Source of the DNA: a virus
Reading direction: 5' to 3' (one strand)
Virus record (IMG/VR): IMGVR_UViG_3300025138_009100
Span: 1-64,000 of that record
Length of the DNA stretch: 64,000 bases
The notes under the pieces are model-generated. The model did no database searches. It was given only the letters and a program-made list of their open reading frames with translations, and was not told the origin of the DNA. This document shows, in pieces, positions 30,736-40,543 of this stretch (positions are counted from its first letter, which is position 1; every line of letters starts with the position of its first letter). A program made the position numbers and the translations under genes.

Positions 30736-31165
30736 CGAAAACCTCTCTTATTTTTTCTAGGTCCATAGATTCTACCAGTTTTGGCTCTTTACCAGTTATT
30801 CTTTTAATGTAGTCATAGTCTTCCTTATTTTTTACAATAAAAGGAAGTGTATTATAGATCTGGATAATTTGCATAATGTTTTTTTCTTGCTGTTTTGTGT
30901 ACAAGAAAACCGCTTTGAATTTATTAATTACATTATGGATTGAAGACGCTGCATTATAGCTTGTTATAATTAAATTACCTGTAAACTGCCATATGTCGGT
31001 AGAATTGAACAGTCCGAATTTAGGGGTTATAGAGTTAAATCCTATATCCTCATAAAATAAGCTTCCATTATCAATATCTTTGCTGTCAATCCATTTATTC
31101 AAGCACTCGTATATTTCCTGAGCGCTAGGGTCGGCTGATGAATTTACATAAAATCCTAAGTTCAT
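30722..31165 (-). CDS. Hypothetical protein, possible GT-B half-domain
   Basis: Coupled ORF; Rossmann-like MNLGFYV start; no catalytic motif recognised. Confidence 0.45.
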   Translation of the reverse strand: MNLGFYVNSSADPSAQEIYECLNKWIDSKDIDNGSLFYEDIGFNSITPKFGLFNSTDIWQFTGNLIITSYNAASSIHNVINKFKAVFLYTKQQEKNIMQIIQIYNTLPFIVKNKEDYDYIKRITGKEPKLVESMDLEKIREVFDEQS

Positions 31166-32103
31166 TATTGTATCTCCCAGTTATTATCGTTCATAAACCA
31201 GTCAATGGTTTGTTTTAGTCCTGTTTTTAAATCTGTTTTCGCTTCAAAGTCTAGCAGTTGTTTAGCCTTTGTCGTGTCTAAACAACGTCGGGGTTGACCG
31301 TCTGGTTTACTGTCATCATACTTGATAAATCCAGTATAACCCATTTGATCGGATATCTCAGTTACTAACTCCTTGATTGTTATTTCTTTTCCTGTACCTA
31401 TGTTTATTGGTTGGAGTCCCGGTTCTGTCTCTATCGCTCTGGCAATCGCCTCTACGCAGTCTGGCGCATATAAAAATTCCCTAGAAGCTTTTCCTGATCC
31501 CCACGCCGTTACCATTTTCTCCCCATTTTTAATAGCATTATAGAATTTAAGAATCAAAGCAGGAATAACATGACTACTAGTTGTGTTAAAGTGATCGTGT
31601 GGTCCGTACATGTTGACCGGAATCAAGTTAGCACCCCTCATGCCATACTGCTCTCCATACGCTTGCAGAAGCCGCACAAGGGTCTTCTTGGCGATCCCGT
31701 ATGGAGCATTGGTTTCTTCTGGGTATCCATCCCACAAGCTTTCCTCTAAGAAAGGGACAGGAGTGTGTTTAGGGTAGGCGCATACCGTTCCAAGTAGAAT
31801 GAATTTAGGGGTCTTCTCTATCCTAGCTCTTTCTATAAGGTTTACTCCCATAATAAGATTTTCATACATAAACTTGCCGGGATTTTCTTTGTTAGCACCA
31901 ATCCCACCCACAGATCCAGCCGCATGTACTATTACATCTGGATTGTGATATTGCATCATCTTTCGGCAGGCATGTTGACACCGAAGATCATAGACGCTAG
32001 AACCCATCACGCTTAATGAGTAGTCTTGATTCATAAATTGACCAAGGTTTTCTTGAATGTTTTTCCCAAGAAACCCCGTACCGCCAGTTATTAATATTCT
32101 CAT
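31165..32103 (-). CDS. fcl: GDP-L-fucose synthase (epimerase/reductase)
   Basis: GGTGFLG, HAAGSVGGIGAN, GTVCAYPK, YGIAK, PVNMYGPHDHF, SHVIPAL, WGSGKASREFLY, KPDGQPRR. Confidence 0.92.
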   Translation of the reverse strand: MRILITGGTGFLGKNIQENLGQFMNQDYSLSVMGSSVYDLRCQHACRKMMQYHNPDVIVHAAGSVGGIGANKENPGKFMYENLIMGVNLIERARIEKTPKFILLGTVCAYPKHTPVPFLEESLWDGYPEETNAPYGIAKKTLVRLLQAYGEQYGMRGANLIPVNMYGPHDHFNTTSSHVIPALILKFYNAIKNGEKMVTAWGSGKASREFLYAPDCVEAIARAIETEPGLQPINIGTGKEITIKELVTEISDQMGYTGFIKYDDSKPDGQPRRCLDTTKAKQLLDFEAKTDLKTGLKQTIDWFMNDNNWEIQ

Positions 32104-32123
32104 GTATAGTTCTCCTTACTCCT

Positions 32124-32153
32124 ATTATAGTTTAGGAAATACATTTTTGTCAA
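32124..32153 (-). promoter_or_regulatory. Sigma70-type promoter upstream of fcl
   Basis: Minus strand TTGACA-18 nt-TATAAT, then SD AAGGAG. Confidence 0.75.
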
Positions 32154-32168
32154 GTAAAATAAATAAAT

Positions 32169-32960
32169 TTACCAATAACATCCACCCTCTACATAATTCT
32201 TCATGGGTGGAATTTCATGAGGTAATGGCCTAATCCAGTCGCCTGTGCCATACCAATCATGGTGTTTAAATCCTTCGTCCCATCTTCTTCCTCTTATTCC
32301 GTAAAGTATTTGGTTGCCACCCCCAAGATGAACACATGGTTTACCTAGTTTTTTTATGTAATCACAAACAATTAAAGAAAATCCACCACAACCCACGGTG
32401 GCGAAATCAAAATCAGTTTTTTCTATCTGCTCAAGCATTTGGTTGAGTTTATCTTCCCAAGGTTTTGGCGGTTTGCCAGTAAGCGCTTCTGAGTAAGGAG
32501 ACTCAACAGTAATCACTTCGCCTATCTCTGCTCCATCCCATATTTTACTGAATTTTTTTGCTTGAGTTTGAACTGTATCTGGAAAAGGAGAGACGCACAA
32601 AACCTTTTTATTTTTTAGATGGTAGTGCCATCCCTCGCGCCCAAAGACAAAAGGTTCTATTCCTTCAAAAGAATGAAATATCTCTCCAGTGTATCCTATA
32701 TTAGATAGTACAGCTTCGTCTTCTTTACACCACTGTAGCACGCAGTCTAGATTTTTTACTGCTTCTAAGTATTCAAAACACCACTTATTAAATGTCTCTA
32801 GTGAATCAACATAGATTCCAGCATTAATAAACAACTGCTGTCCAATTAATGAAGGTTGATTGTTTAAGTGTGTCAGTAAATGTGAAGCTTCTATATTTCC
32901 CATTTTACCAAAAGATTTACTAGTTTTATTTTTTAGGCATTCTATAATTAAGTTATTCAT
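32169..32960 (-). CDS. Putative GT-D-fold (DUF1792-like) glycosyltransferase
   Basis: KNKKVLCVSPF and DFDFATVGCGGFSLIVCDYIKKLGKPCVHLGG, typical of capsule-locus GT-D-like proteins. Confidence 0.55.
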   Translation of the reverse strand: MNNLIIECLKNKTSKSFGKMGNIEASHLLTHLNNQPSLIGQQLFINAGIYVDSLETFNKWCFEYLEAVKNLDCVLQWCKEDEAVLSNIGYTGEIFHSFEGIEPFVFGREGWHYHLKNKKVLCVSPFPDTVQTQAKKFSKIWDGAEIGEVITVESPYSEALTGKPPKPWEDKLNQMLEQIEKTDFDFATVGCGGFSLIVCDYIKKLGKPCVHLGGGNQILYGIRGRRWDEGFKHHDWYGTGDWIRPLPHEIPPMKNYVEGGCYW

Positions 32961-33333
32961 TTATAATCCTTAAAAATTGTTGGTAATCTTTTATATAGTC
33001 TTTTTCGTCATATTCCATAGAACATAAAACCAATAAAATATCTTTACCTGTTAAATAAGTTTGTTCTCCCCATACCATGTTTTTCATAAGTAAAGACTGT
33101 CCGGGCTGCATTATTTCTTTTTTTGTTTCTTTCCCGTCGTCTAATGAAACTAAAATTTTTCCACTTACACAAATTAAAAGCTGCTTATCTTTTAAGTGTG
33201 CGTGATTACCTCTAGTTTCTCCTTTTGGAACGTCTGACACAAAGAACATTCTTTGTGCAACTAAATCAATATTTTTATTGATCGCAAAAAGAGTTCCTCC
33301 AGAGCTTTGAAATTTATCTAAATCTTTTAACAC
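32953..33333 (-). CDS. dTDP-4-keto-6-deoxyglucose 3,4-ketoisomerase (FdtA/QdtA/WxcM-like cupin)
   Basis: RMFFVSDVPKGETRGNHAH, LLICVSG, ILLVLCSMEYDEKDYIKDY. Confidence 0.85.
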   Translation of the reverse strand: MLKDLDKFQSSGGTLFAINKNIDLVAQRMFFVSDVPKGETRGNHAHLKDKQLLICVSGKILVSLDDGKETKKEIMQPGQSLLMKNMVWGEQTYLTGKDILLVLCSMEYDEKDYIKDYQQFLRIINE

Positions 33334-34231
33334 AGGATATTACCCTTTCTACATCTTCTTGAGTAAGTTGTTCGTGGAATGGCAAGCTTACTGTTTGCCT
33401 AGATTCTTTTTCTGAATTTGGTAAAGTTTCTAATATTATCTGTCTATGTGCGTATGCAACTTTTCCATGACAGTGTTCATAATGAATTCCGCATTGAATA
33501 TCATCTTCTTTCATTCTATATAAAAATCTAGTGTTAGATTTAACACGTATTCTATATAGATGCCTACTTGTATTATTATAGCCAAACGCATCATTATATG
33601 CAAGTTTTATTTCATCTAATTTGTTATTTTTTTTATCTAAATTTTTAAGATTTTCATTTGCTACATACGCTTGCACTGATGTCCAGTGCATTTTGTAACC
33701 TGCGAGCCATTGCTTTCTTTTCCAGCTATTTTTATCAAAAGTTGTACCGTTCATGGTCATCATTCTAAAGTCTTCTATTTTCTTCTCATTGTTTGATACT
33801 ATGATGCCTCCGTCACAACCGCTGACAGGTTTTGTTGGATAAAAGCTAAATATCATGAGCGCATCATCATCTTTTAGCTCTGCATACTGATTTTTACTAA
33901 CTTGCTGCGCTGAATCATAAATGTCATCGTGCAAGTGATAGTAGCTCCCAACCCATTCCACGTCGTCGTAAAATTCTATTTTATGACCTGCGTTAACAAT
34001 AGCGTTAGGAACAACGATTGGCATTGTGCTTGGAATTTTTACTATTTGATTTTGATATCTTTTTAGCGCTAATAATATTAAGCTAGAAGCGCTATTTGCT
34101 GTGCAGGCGTATCTTGCGCCAACGTAATTGGCAAAGTTTTGCTCAAATTCTTGTACAATATCACCGTGAAGAAGGTTGCCAAGCTTAGATGTATCTATAT
34201 TGTGATTCGGTATATTAAAAAGTTGAATCAT
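33314..34231 (-). CDS. DegT/DnrJ/EryC1/StrS PLP-dependent sugar aminotransferase
   Basis: FEQNFANYVG, DSAQ, FSFYPTKPVSGCDGG, GIHY, VSLPFH. Confidence 0.88.
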   Translation of the reverse strand: MIQLFNIPNHNIDTSKLGNLLHGDIVQEFEQNFANYVGARYACTANSASSLILLALKRYQNQIVKIPSTMPIVVPNAIVNAGHKIEFYDDVEWVGSYYHLHDDIYDSAQQVSKNQYAELKDDDALMIFSFYPTKPVSGCDGGIIVSNNEKKIEDFRMMTMNGTTFDKNSWKRKQWLAGYKMHWTSVQAYVANENLKNLDKKNNKLDEIKLAYNDAFGYNNTSRHLYRIRVKSNTRFLYRMKEDDIQCGIHYEHCHGKVAYAHRQIILETLPNSEKESRQTVSLPFHEQLTQEDVERVISCVKRFR

Positions 34232-34829
34232 TTTTTCTTTCTAATAAGAATGTTTTTTTACTGTCTAATCCTTCAAAAGAATTACAAATATGAATCATAT
34301 CAAATCCGCTTTTTTCTATTGCCTTGTGCAGATCTTGTTCTAAGATTACACAATTTGTTGCTATCAGAGATGACTCATATGGAGTATATTTCTCAAGGCG
34401 ACTTTCTTCTCCAACGTCTTGTCTATGTATTATTACATATTTTTTTGAATGATATAATATTTTACTTAATATATCAATCGGATTTTTCATTTCGCTAATA
34501 AAAGCATTAATTAAAATTACATCATAATCACCTAAAAATTTTAAATCGTCTTTAAACATATCAAATTTTACATAATTAAAGTTTGGTCTTTGCGCTAAAG
34601 CAACTTTTTCTATTATGTGAGGAAGGTCTGCGCCAGTATAATCTATATGTTTATAGATGTCACCGAACTCAGCGTTGCCGCATCCCATATCAATTAATTT
34701 TTTTGAGTCTTGTATTTTTTCTACACAGCTATGCAAACTATTAAAATGATCGCTATGCATTATGTGTGGAAAGTTTCTATTGAGTATTAAGTCGCAAATT
34801 TTTTCGTCTTGCCACGCTGTCTTTTCCAT
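34215..34829 (-). CDS. Class I SAM-dependent methyltransferase
   Basis: LIDMGCGNAE motif I; YTGAD motif II. Confidence 0.75.
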   Translation of the reverse strand: MEKTAWQDEKICDLILNRNFPHIMHSDHFNSLHSCVEKIQDSKKLIDMGCGNAEFGDIYKHIDYTGADLPHIIEKVALAQRPNFNYVKFDMFKDDLKFLGDYDVILINAFISEMKNPIDILSKILYHSKKYVIIHRQDVGEESRLEKYTPYESSLIATNCVILEQDLHKAIEKSGFDMIHICNSFEGLDSKKTFLLERKNDSTF

Positions 34830-34833
34830 GATT

Positions 34834-35475
34834 TTAGTTCCCGTTTGTTTTTATAAAATGTTCTGGTACAGGTTTTTTAAAGGGTGTAAGCGCTTTTCGT
34901 TTAGCAAAGCAACATATGAGAGAGTCATTAGGTATACTGCTAATAAAGTCTCCAGAGTCTTGTTGAAAGTCTAAATTTGCGCTCCTAAGATATGTATTAT
35001 TTGCGTCAAACTGCCTCCATCCTCCCCCTCTTGGTTTAGTTGCTGTAAATTCTATATTAAATCCATTAACATTGTAAAAATCCTTAAATAGCGATGGACT
35101 TAAAGAGTAAAATCCACGACCAAAAAAACCACAAAGGTTGCTGGTGTGCATCACGCAGCCACTTTCTTTTAGCATAAAAAGTATATTTCTAAAAACAGTA
35201 CACGGATCAAAACAACAGTATAGCGTTCCAGAGTCTATCACCCAGTCATATTTTTTTTCAAGCTGCTTGCTTACAGGTTCGTTTAGATCAATTTTGTAAG
35301 TAGGACTTCCGTTTATATCGAATGTGTCCAAGGTGGCAAACCCCATACTATCTTTAAAAGAGTCTAAGGAATGACCATAAATATGACAATCCCCTAATAT
35401 TGCACAGCTTTCCCCTTCTGGGTTTTGTTGTCTTATTGTCTTCAAAAGATGAAAATCTTCTGGTTCAATAGCCAT
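34834..35475 (-). CDS. Class I SAM-dependent methyltransferase-like protein
   Basis: DTFDING...IDLNEP...YDWVIDSGTLYCCFD...LKESG...GFYSLSP, typical of glycan-locus methyltransferases. Confidence 0.65.
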   Translation of the reverse strand: MAIEPEDFHLLKTIRQQNPEGESCAILGDCHIYGHSLDSFKDSMGFATLDTFDINGSPTYKIDLNEPVSKQLEKKYDWVIDSGTLYCCFDPCTVFRNILFMLKESGCVMHTSNLCGFFGRGFYSLSPSLFKDFYNVNGFNIEFTATKPRGGGWRQFDANNTYLRSANLDFQQDSGDFISSIPNDSLICCFAKRKALTPFKKPVPEHFIKTNGN

Positions 35476-36283
35476 TATAGTGCCTCTCTATTATTTTTTT
35501 AAGTAATTGTATATCCGTTTCTACAACCTTCATCCCTTGTGGCACTTCTTCTGTGATTTTCTCGACAGAAAAAGAATCGTAATCATCCACCTTATCGTAA
35601 TTGTGATATTCCATAAAAGCTTTTGATAACTCATGTAAACTTACTTTATAGCATTTTTCTAACCTTATATATTCGCCTTTAGTCTCTAGGTTGTCTAGAA
35701 TTTTATTGGCTATTTCACAGGTTTCTACAAAGTATCTAGTAGTATCTCTAGCATTAAGTAAAATGGGTTTATTTTCTGACACCGCCTTATTCCACAAATA
35801 AAGAACGCTACCGCTAGAAAAAAGAAAATTTACACCCTGAACCACGGAGTATCCATTTTCAAGCATCAAGCTCTCCATCAGTAGCTTAGTGCAACCGTAA
35901 ACACACGAAGGATTTATAGCCTTATCTGTACTTACGGCTATCATATTTTTTACACCAAGCTTTTTGCAGATGGTAATCAGATTTCTGCTTCCGATAATAT
36001 TAATATCTATCGCCCTTCCGGGGTTATTTTCGCATATTCCTACATGTTTCATTGCCGCTGTATGAATCACATAGTCTATATCATGTTTTTTAAATATGTT
36101 TTCTATTTGATCTGAATTTAAAATATCTTGACAGTACATAGGAACGTTTTGAAATTTATTTTTTAGCGACTGCGATCTTTCTTCTGAGTGTCCAAGGGCT
36201 ATTGGTGAATACCCTCTTCTCAAGCATATCTTGACAAGTTCTGCGCCTAATGTGCCGGTAGCTCCTGTTATAAGTATATTCAT
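35465..36283 (-). CDS. UDP-GlcNAc 4,6-dehydratase-like SDR (PseB/CapD, Polysacc_synt_2)
   Basis: ITGATGTLG, HTAAMKHV..CENNP, STDKAINP..YGCTK; start MNILITG at 36283 (ATGA overlap). Confidence 0.8.
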   Translation of the reverse strand: MNILITGATGTLGAELVKICLRRGYSPIALGHSEERSQSLKNKFQNVPMYCQDILNSDQIENIFKKHDIDYVIHTAAMKHVGICENNPGRAIDINIIGSRNLITICKKLGVKNMIAVSTDKAINPSCVYGCTKLLMESLMLENGYSVVQGVNFLFSSGSVLYLWNKAVSENKPILLNARDTTRYFVETCEIANKILDNLETKGEYIRLEKCYKVSLHELSKAFMEYHNYDKVDDYDSFSVEKITEEVPQGMKVVETDIQLLKKIIERHYNGY

Positions 36284-37008
36284 CTGTACCACCCCTTACC
36301 CGCTGGGGAGTCTAAATTATTATGTATATTTTCAAATATTTCAAATCCTTTATCATCCAAAAAATAAAGACTTTCTACACAACTATCCCAAGAGGCGTAT
36401 CCTTCATAATGTTCCTCTAGGTTTATAGATTGATAACATTCTAGCATTTCATTTTTTACATCACAGTCAACCCTAAATTGAATAAAATGTTTTATTGCCT
36501 CATGCTCACAGTCTCCATAGCTGATAACGTGAGTCTTTTCGGATCTTCTCATGTCTATTTGTTTTCCAATCATTTTTATTGAAGGAATAGAAAAGGTTGA
36601 GAAGAAAGCAAACGGAATGTTTTTAACATTACAAAAACTTCCTACATACTGAAATAACTGTGAATGTTGCGCATGTTGGTGTTCATCTCCATAGTAGGAA
36701 TGAGTAACTACTAAATCTAAATCCTCTAGCCCCATTTCAGAAATACCTTCTTCAATAGACTCTGCTAGATTTGTTAGTGCGATGCCTCCGCGATCAGGTA
36801 TGTTTTCCGCCGCTATAAATCTATTTTTAATTCCTGCTATATCTAGCGCATTTTGAAACTCATTGTTTCTTTGTGGATGATGTCTACCAGTAACACATAT
36901 TACATATGGGTCAACTTCATTTCTTTCGCTCAAAAACTTTAACGTACCCCCTATCCAAAGACTTTCATCGTCAGGATGAGCAACTACAAATAGTACTTTA
37001 CTTTTCAT
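36280..37008 (-). CDS. PIG-L/LmbE family N-acetylsugar deacetylase
   Basis: VAHPDDESL, VTHSYYGDEHQHAQH, YQS. Confidence 0.85.
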   Translation of the reverse strand: MKSKVLFVVAHPDDESLWIGGTLKFLSERNEVDPYVICVTGRHHPQRNNEFQNALDIAGIKNRFIAAENIPDRGGIALTNLAESIEEGISEMGLEDLDLVVTHSYYGDEHQHAQHSQLFQYVGSFCNVKNIPFAFFSTFSIPSIKMIGKQIDMRRSEKTHVISYGDCEHEAIKHFIQFRVDCDVKNEMLECYQSINLEEHYEGYASWDSCVESLYFLDDKGFEIFENIHNNLDSPAGKGWYR

Positions 37009-37018
37009 TATCTTTTCC

Positions 37019-38074
37019 TTAAATTAATTGTGATTCAAATATTTCAAACTGATCTCTATCTACCATGTGTCCATTATAAAATCTATTTTTAGCCCAAGGC
37101 AATTCAGTATAATGAGATGGAAGCCTGCTAACCAAGTCGTCTGTATTAATTAATTCGCCATCAAAGACTTGTCCGTGATTATCGTACAGTCTAGTAAAAT
37201 ATTCTTTAACTTTCTTTAGACCATAGTCTTCTCTGTAGTTATCGTATATTGTATCTATATCAAATTCAAACTTGTCATAGTTTTCAACAGCTTTTATTAG
37301 AGCTTCATGAGCTAAGTTGTCGTCGTGCCAATAAACAGAATTTTTTGTATTTAAAAAATCTCTTCCGCTGCCAGATTGATTTCCGTGTATCACCACCGGC
37401 ACTTCAGACAACAAAGATTCTGCTACTACACCCGGACTGCCTTCACACATAGAAAACAGAGTAGAAACTTTAGACGCTTGGTAAAAAAAGGATAACTGTG
37501 TTTTACTGAGACCTTTAAATTCTAAATTCTCATCTAATCGCATTAAAGTAAATAATTGGCGTTCTTCGTTTGTAAACATTTCATAGTAAACATCTTCTAT
37601 GTCCATAAAATGGTCTTGAGGCCAAAGTTTCTCTTCATTTCTTTTTGCGCACACAAGGAGTATTTTGTACTTCTTTCCGCTTTCGTATATCTTTTTTATT
37701 TCCCTAAAAAACAAATCTAGCCTTTTTACATTTCCTGATCTTGAAACATTAATAATATCCCAATACTTTTTAACATCTGGATCTTTTTTGAAAACAGTTG
37801 ACGTAAAATTAGAGCTAACAACCGGAATCTCAAAAGAATGAGGACATCTTACTGCTATATCAGTTACGGAGGGTCTACCCATAAAGAAGTCGGCAAAGCT
37901 TGGGTACAAAGCGCCCAATGAAAGGCCGCCATAATGTATCCCTATAAAATATCCTTTATCTTTTATTTTTTGTATAATGTCTCCATGACTCTCAAAAGCG
38001 CGGTATGCCTCTTGGTGAGAGATAACTATTATGCCTTTTTGCTCAGGCGTTGTTTTTTTAAATATATGAGCCAT
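37019..38074 (-). CDS. GT-B (GT4-like) glycosyltransferase
   Basis: INVSRSGNVKR...FYQASKV...EGSPGVVAESLLSEVPVV. Confidence 0.75.
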   Translation of the reverse strand: MAHIFKKTTPEQKGIIVISHQEAYRAFESHGDIIQKIKDKGYFIGIHYGGLSLGALYPSFADFFMGRPSVTDIAVRCPHSFEIPVVSSNFTSTVFKKDPDVKKYWDIINVSRSGNVKRLDLFFREIKKIYESGKKYKILLVCAKRNEEKLWPQDHFMDIEDVYYEMFTNEERQLFTLMRLDENLEFKGLSKTQLSFFYQASKVSTLFSMCEGSPGVVAESLLSEVPVVIHGNQSGSGRDFLNTKNSVYWHDDNLAHEALIKAVENYDKFEFDIDTIYDNYREDYGLKKVKEYFTRLYDNHGQVFDGELINTDDLVSRLPSHYTELPWAKNRFYNGHMVDRDQFEIFESQLI

Positions 38075-38075
38075 T

Positions 38076-38372
38076 CTATTCCTTAAAAAATTCTTCCGAG
38101 TTTATATTTTTGTCATCAATAAATAGGTCGTAGTAGGGCTTTCCCATTCTTAATTCAGAGTATTTGCAGTCCCATCGTTCTAATTGCTCTTGCGTGACTT
38201 TAAACCAGTTCATATTTGTAATAGTTCCTCTGGCCGTCCAATAAATTATAGTATTGCCCTGTTCATATAGCTTATTTATTTTTTTAATTCTATCTTCAAT
38301 TGGTTCTGCTAAAGAATACTTTCCATCCGTAAAAGAGCAAATTGTTTCATCTATATCAACAAATATAATCAT
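38076..38372 (-). CDS. Minimal HAD phosphatase (capsule-biosynthesis type)
   Basis: FVDIDETIC, YWTARG, GKPYYDLFIDDK. Confidence 0.85.
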   Translation of the reverse strand: MIIFVDIDETICSFTDGKYSLAEPIEDRIKKINKLYEQGNTIIYWTARGTITNMNWFKVTQEQLERWDCKYSELRMGKPYYDLFIDDKNINSEEFFKE

Positions 38373-39184
38373 TTTCTTAAACTTTCTTTTTTCATCCTTT
38401 CGCTTCCTAATATTTTTCTTTCGCTGGGTGGATTTTTTAAACTTAGTTCTATATCCCTTGTACCCTTTACTAATTTTATTAACCCTTGAGGTTCTACAGA
38501 TGCTAGTTGATCGCTACCCCACATAGTCCTATCTATTGTTATGTGTCTTTCTATCCATTCCGCGCCAATTGCAACTGCTGCAAAAGTTGTACATAGTCCA
38601 TATTCATGACCACTATAACCAATCTGTTTTGTTGGATACTTATCTTTTAACCATTTTATGTAATTTAGATTTAGTTCATCTATTGGTGATGGGTAAGTTG
38701 AGTTTGTGTGGAATATTATATCTGGATTACAGTGAGCTATACACTTTACTATTTCTTGTTCTTCACTCATACCCGTAGATACCATTAAAGTTTTAAATTT
38801 CTCTCTAGCGTACTTACATAATTCTAAATCTGTAATTAATGCTGATGGTATTTTTGCAACTTCTGTGTACTCTGACATGAAATCTACAGAGTCAATATCC
38901 CAAACAGAAGCAAAGGTTTTAATCTTATCGTCACAGTATGAAAATATTTCATCATACTCCTTTTTTCCAAATTCTATCTTGTGCTTATATTCAATATATG
39001 TCATATCACCCCAAGGTGTAGACTTGTTTTTTAGTTTTTGCTTTTCTGGAACGCAGATGTCAGGATTTCTTTTTTGAAATTTTACATATTCACAACCAGC
39101 AAGCACAGCAGAATCAATTAATTTTTTTGCGGTTTGTAGGCAACCGTTGTGGTTTATACCTATCTCAGCAATTATATTAGTCAT
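38369..39184 (-). CDS. neuB: Nonulosonic acid synthase (NeuB family), short form lacking the C-terminal AFL/SAF domain
   Basis: IIAEIGINHNG, VKFQKR, KIPSA, STGMS, HTNSTYP, GYSGHE, IERHIT..GSDQLASVEP; 271 aa ending ESLRK. Confidence 0.9.
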   Translation of the reverse strand: MTNIIAEIGINHNGCLQTAKKLIDSAVLAGCEYVKFQKRNPDICVPEKQKLKNKSTPWGDMTYIEYKHKIEFGKKEYDEIFSYCDDKIKTFASVWDIDSVDFMSEYTEVAKIPSALITDLELCKYAREKFKTLMVSTGMSEEQEIVKCIAHCNPDIIFHTNSTYPSPIDELNLNYIKWLKDKYPTKQIGYSGHEYGLCTTFAAVAIGAEWIERHITIDRTMWGSDQLASVEPQGLIKLVKGTRDIELSLKNPPSERKILGSERMKKESLRK

Positions 39185-39797
39185 TTAATTTTTCCAAATC
39201 TGACGGGGTATCTATATCTAATGTTTTTGTTATAGGGAAGTATATGGTATCTTCGTTGTATATATTTGAGTTAAGATTGTGTATTTCTTCATGATTAAAA
39301 ATGGCTATTTTATGACAAATTTTAAAACACTTGGGATAGTCTTGCCTTCTACACAAATTGTGTTTTACAATCTGCTTACCCCTAAAATTTTTATCTTCGT
39401 AAAGACATAGATATGGGTGTACTTCCACTTCTTCTTTACATAGAAGCGATCTAGCCCTGTGTTTATGGTAAAATACTTGCGCCCTTTCTACTTCTTGCCA
39501 AGTTCTCTGAGGATATGTTAAGTATAACATACAAATATCCCCCATCAAGCATAAATCGCTAATTACTTCTAAGATAAAGTCTTTTGTGGACGCTTGATCG
39601 CTAGAGGTAAATTCACTTCTAACATGAACTTTAAATCCATGCTCTTTTGCTAGATCAATTATATGGCTATCATTAGTCGATACTATTGTATTTTGGTGTT
39701 CGCTTTTAGGAATAGTCTTTGCCGTATAGCCAAATAGCCTCCTGTTTTTAAGAGGAATTCCTTTAGAATCTTTTCTCGCCGGTATAATTATTTTCAT
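39177..39797 (-). CDS. neuA: CMP-nonulosonate synthetase (NeuA family)
   Basis: IIIPARKDSKGIPLKN, VSTND, LTYPQR, RRQD, LDIDTPSD. Confidence 0.88.
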   Translation of the reverse strand: MKIIIPARKDSKGIPLKNRRLFGYTAKTIPKSEHQNTIVSTNDSHIIDLAKEHGFKVHVRSEFTSSDQASTKDFILEVISDLCLMGDICMLYLTYPQRTWQEVERAQVFYHKHRARSLLCKEEVEVHPYLCLYEDKNFRGKQIVKHNLCRRQDYPKCFKICHKIAIFNHEEIHNLNSNIYNEDTIYFPITKTLDIDTPSDLEKLND

Positions 39798-40543
39798 AAT
39801 GGCCTACTATGTATATAAATTGCCAACCTTTCTTTGCCTTTTTCCTCTATTAGTCCTCCGCCGTGATACATATCTGTGTCTACAACGCAAAGGTCTCTCG
39901 GAGTACACTCCATATAAACAACCTCGTTTTCGTTTCTTGTCACTAATTCTGCACATTGTTTTTTAAATTCTTGCATGGTGTGCGCCACACCCCCATTTAA
40001 ACCTGCTGGATTTTTAGACATAAACTTTATCCTTATATTTGCGCCTTCTTGCCTTGAGCCGGGAATGACCCTCAATGCGCCGTTTGATTTACTTGCCCCA
40101 CTAGGGAAAAATGCTATTTTTAAAGCTGCATAAGGATCTACATGAAGTCTACTATGTCTACCCAAGTCTTTGTCTTTAACAACTTTGTTTTCATATGTAC
40201 AAAAGGTTTGTAAAAATTTTTGACATCTTCCAGAGTAATATGTATCTATCACACTGTTTAGAAACGGGTCATAAAATATATTTTTAACCAGATAAGGAAA
40301 AGCGTTGTAGCTTTGTGGATATAATGCCATAGCCTTACCTTGGTTAAATTCTTCTTGTTCTTTTCTGTCTCCTAAAAACATAACTCTTTTATTATCTTCT
40401 ATATCACTATAAAATTCTAATTGCTCATCTTTTAGGTCTTTTGCTTGATTTTCTGTAAACCAGTTCTTTATTATACATAATCCCTGATCCCTAACGGTTT
40501 GTACAACAGTGGTTAAGTCTATGTCTTCTTTTTCAAATATCAT
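39794..40543 (-). CDS. PhyH-like 2OG-Fe(II) dioxygenase
   Basis: LHVD...NGALRVIPGS...DTDMYHGGG...R (HxD..H triad). Confidence 0.8.
   Translation of the reverse strand: MIFEKEDIDLTTVVQTVRDQGLCIIKNWFTENQAKDLKDEQLEFYSDIEDNKRVMFLGDRKEQEEFNQGKAMALYPQSYNAFPYLVKNIFYDPFLNSVIDTYYSGRCQKFLQTFCTYENKVVKDKDLGRHSRLHVDPYAALKIAFFPSGASKSNGALRVIPGSRQEGANIRIKFMSKNPAGLNGGVAHTMQEFKKQCAELVTRNENEVVYMECTPRDLCVVDTDMYHGGGLIEEKGKERLAIYIHSRPL

Noticed and set aside
39794-40543. 2OG dioxygenase plus GTs as DNA hypermodification (TET/JBP-like)
   Set aside because: The motifs are PhyH-like, the gene sits between neuA and the GT29-like gene, and no hydroxymethylase or DNA methylase is in the window. Disfavoured but not fully excluded.
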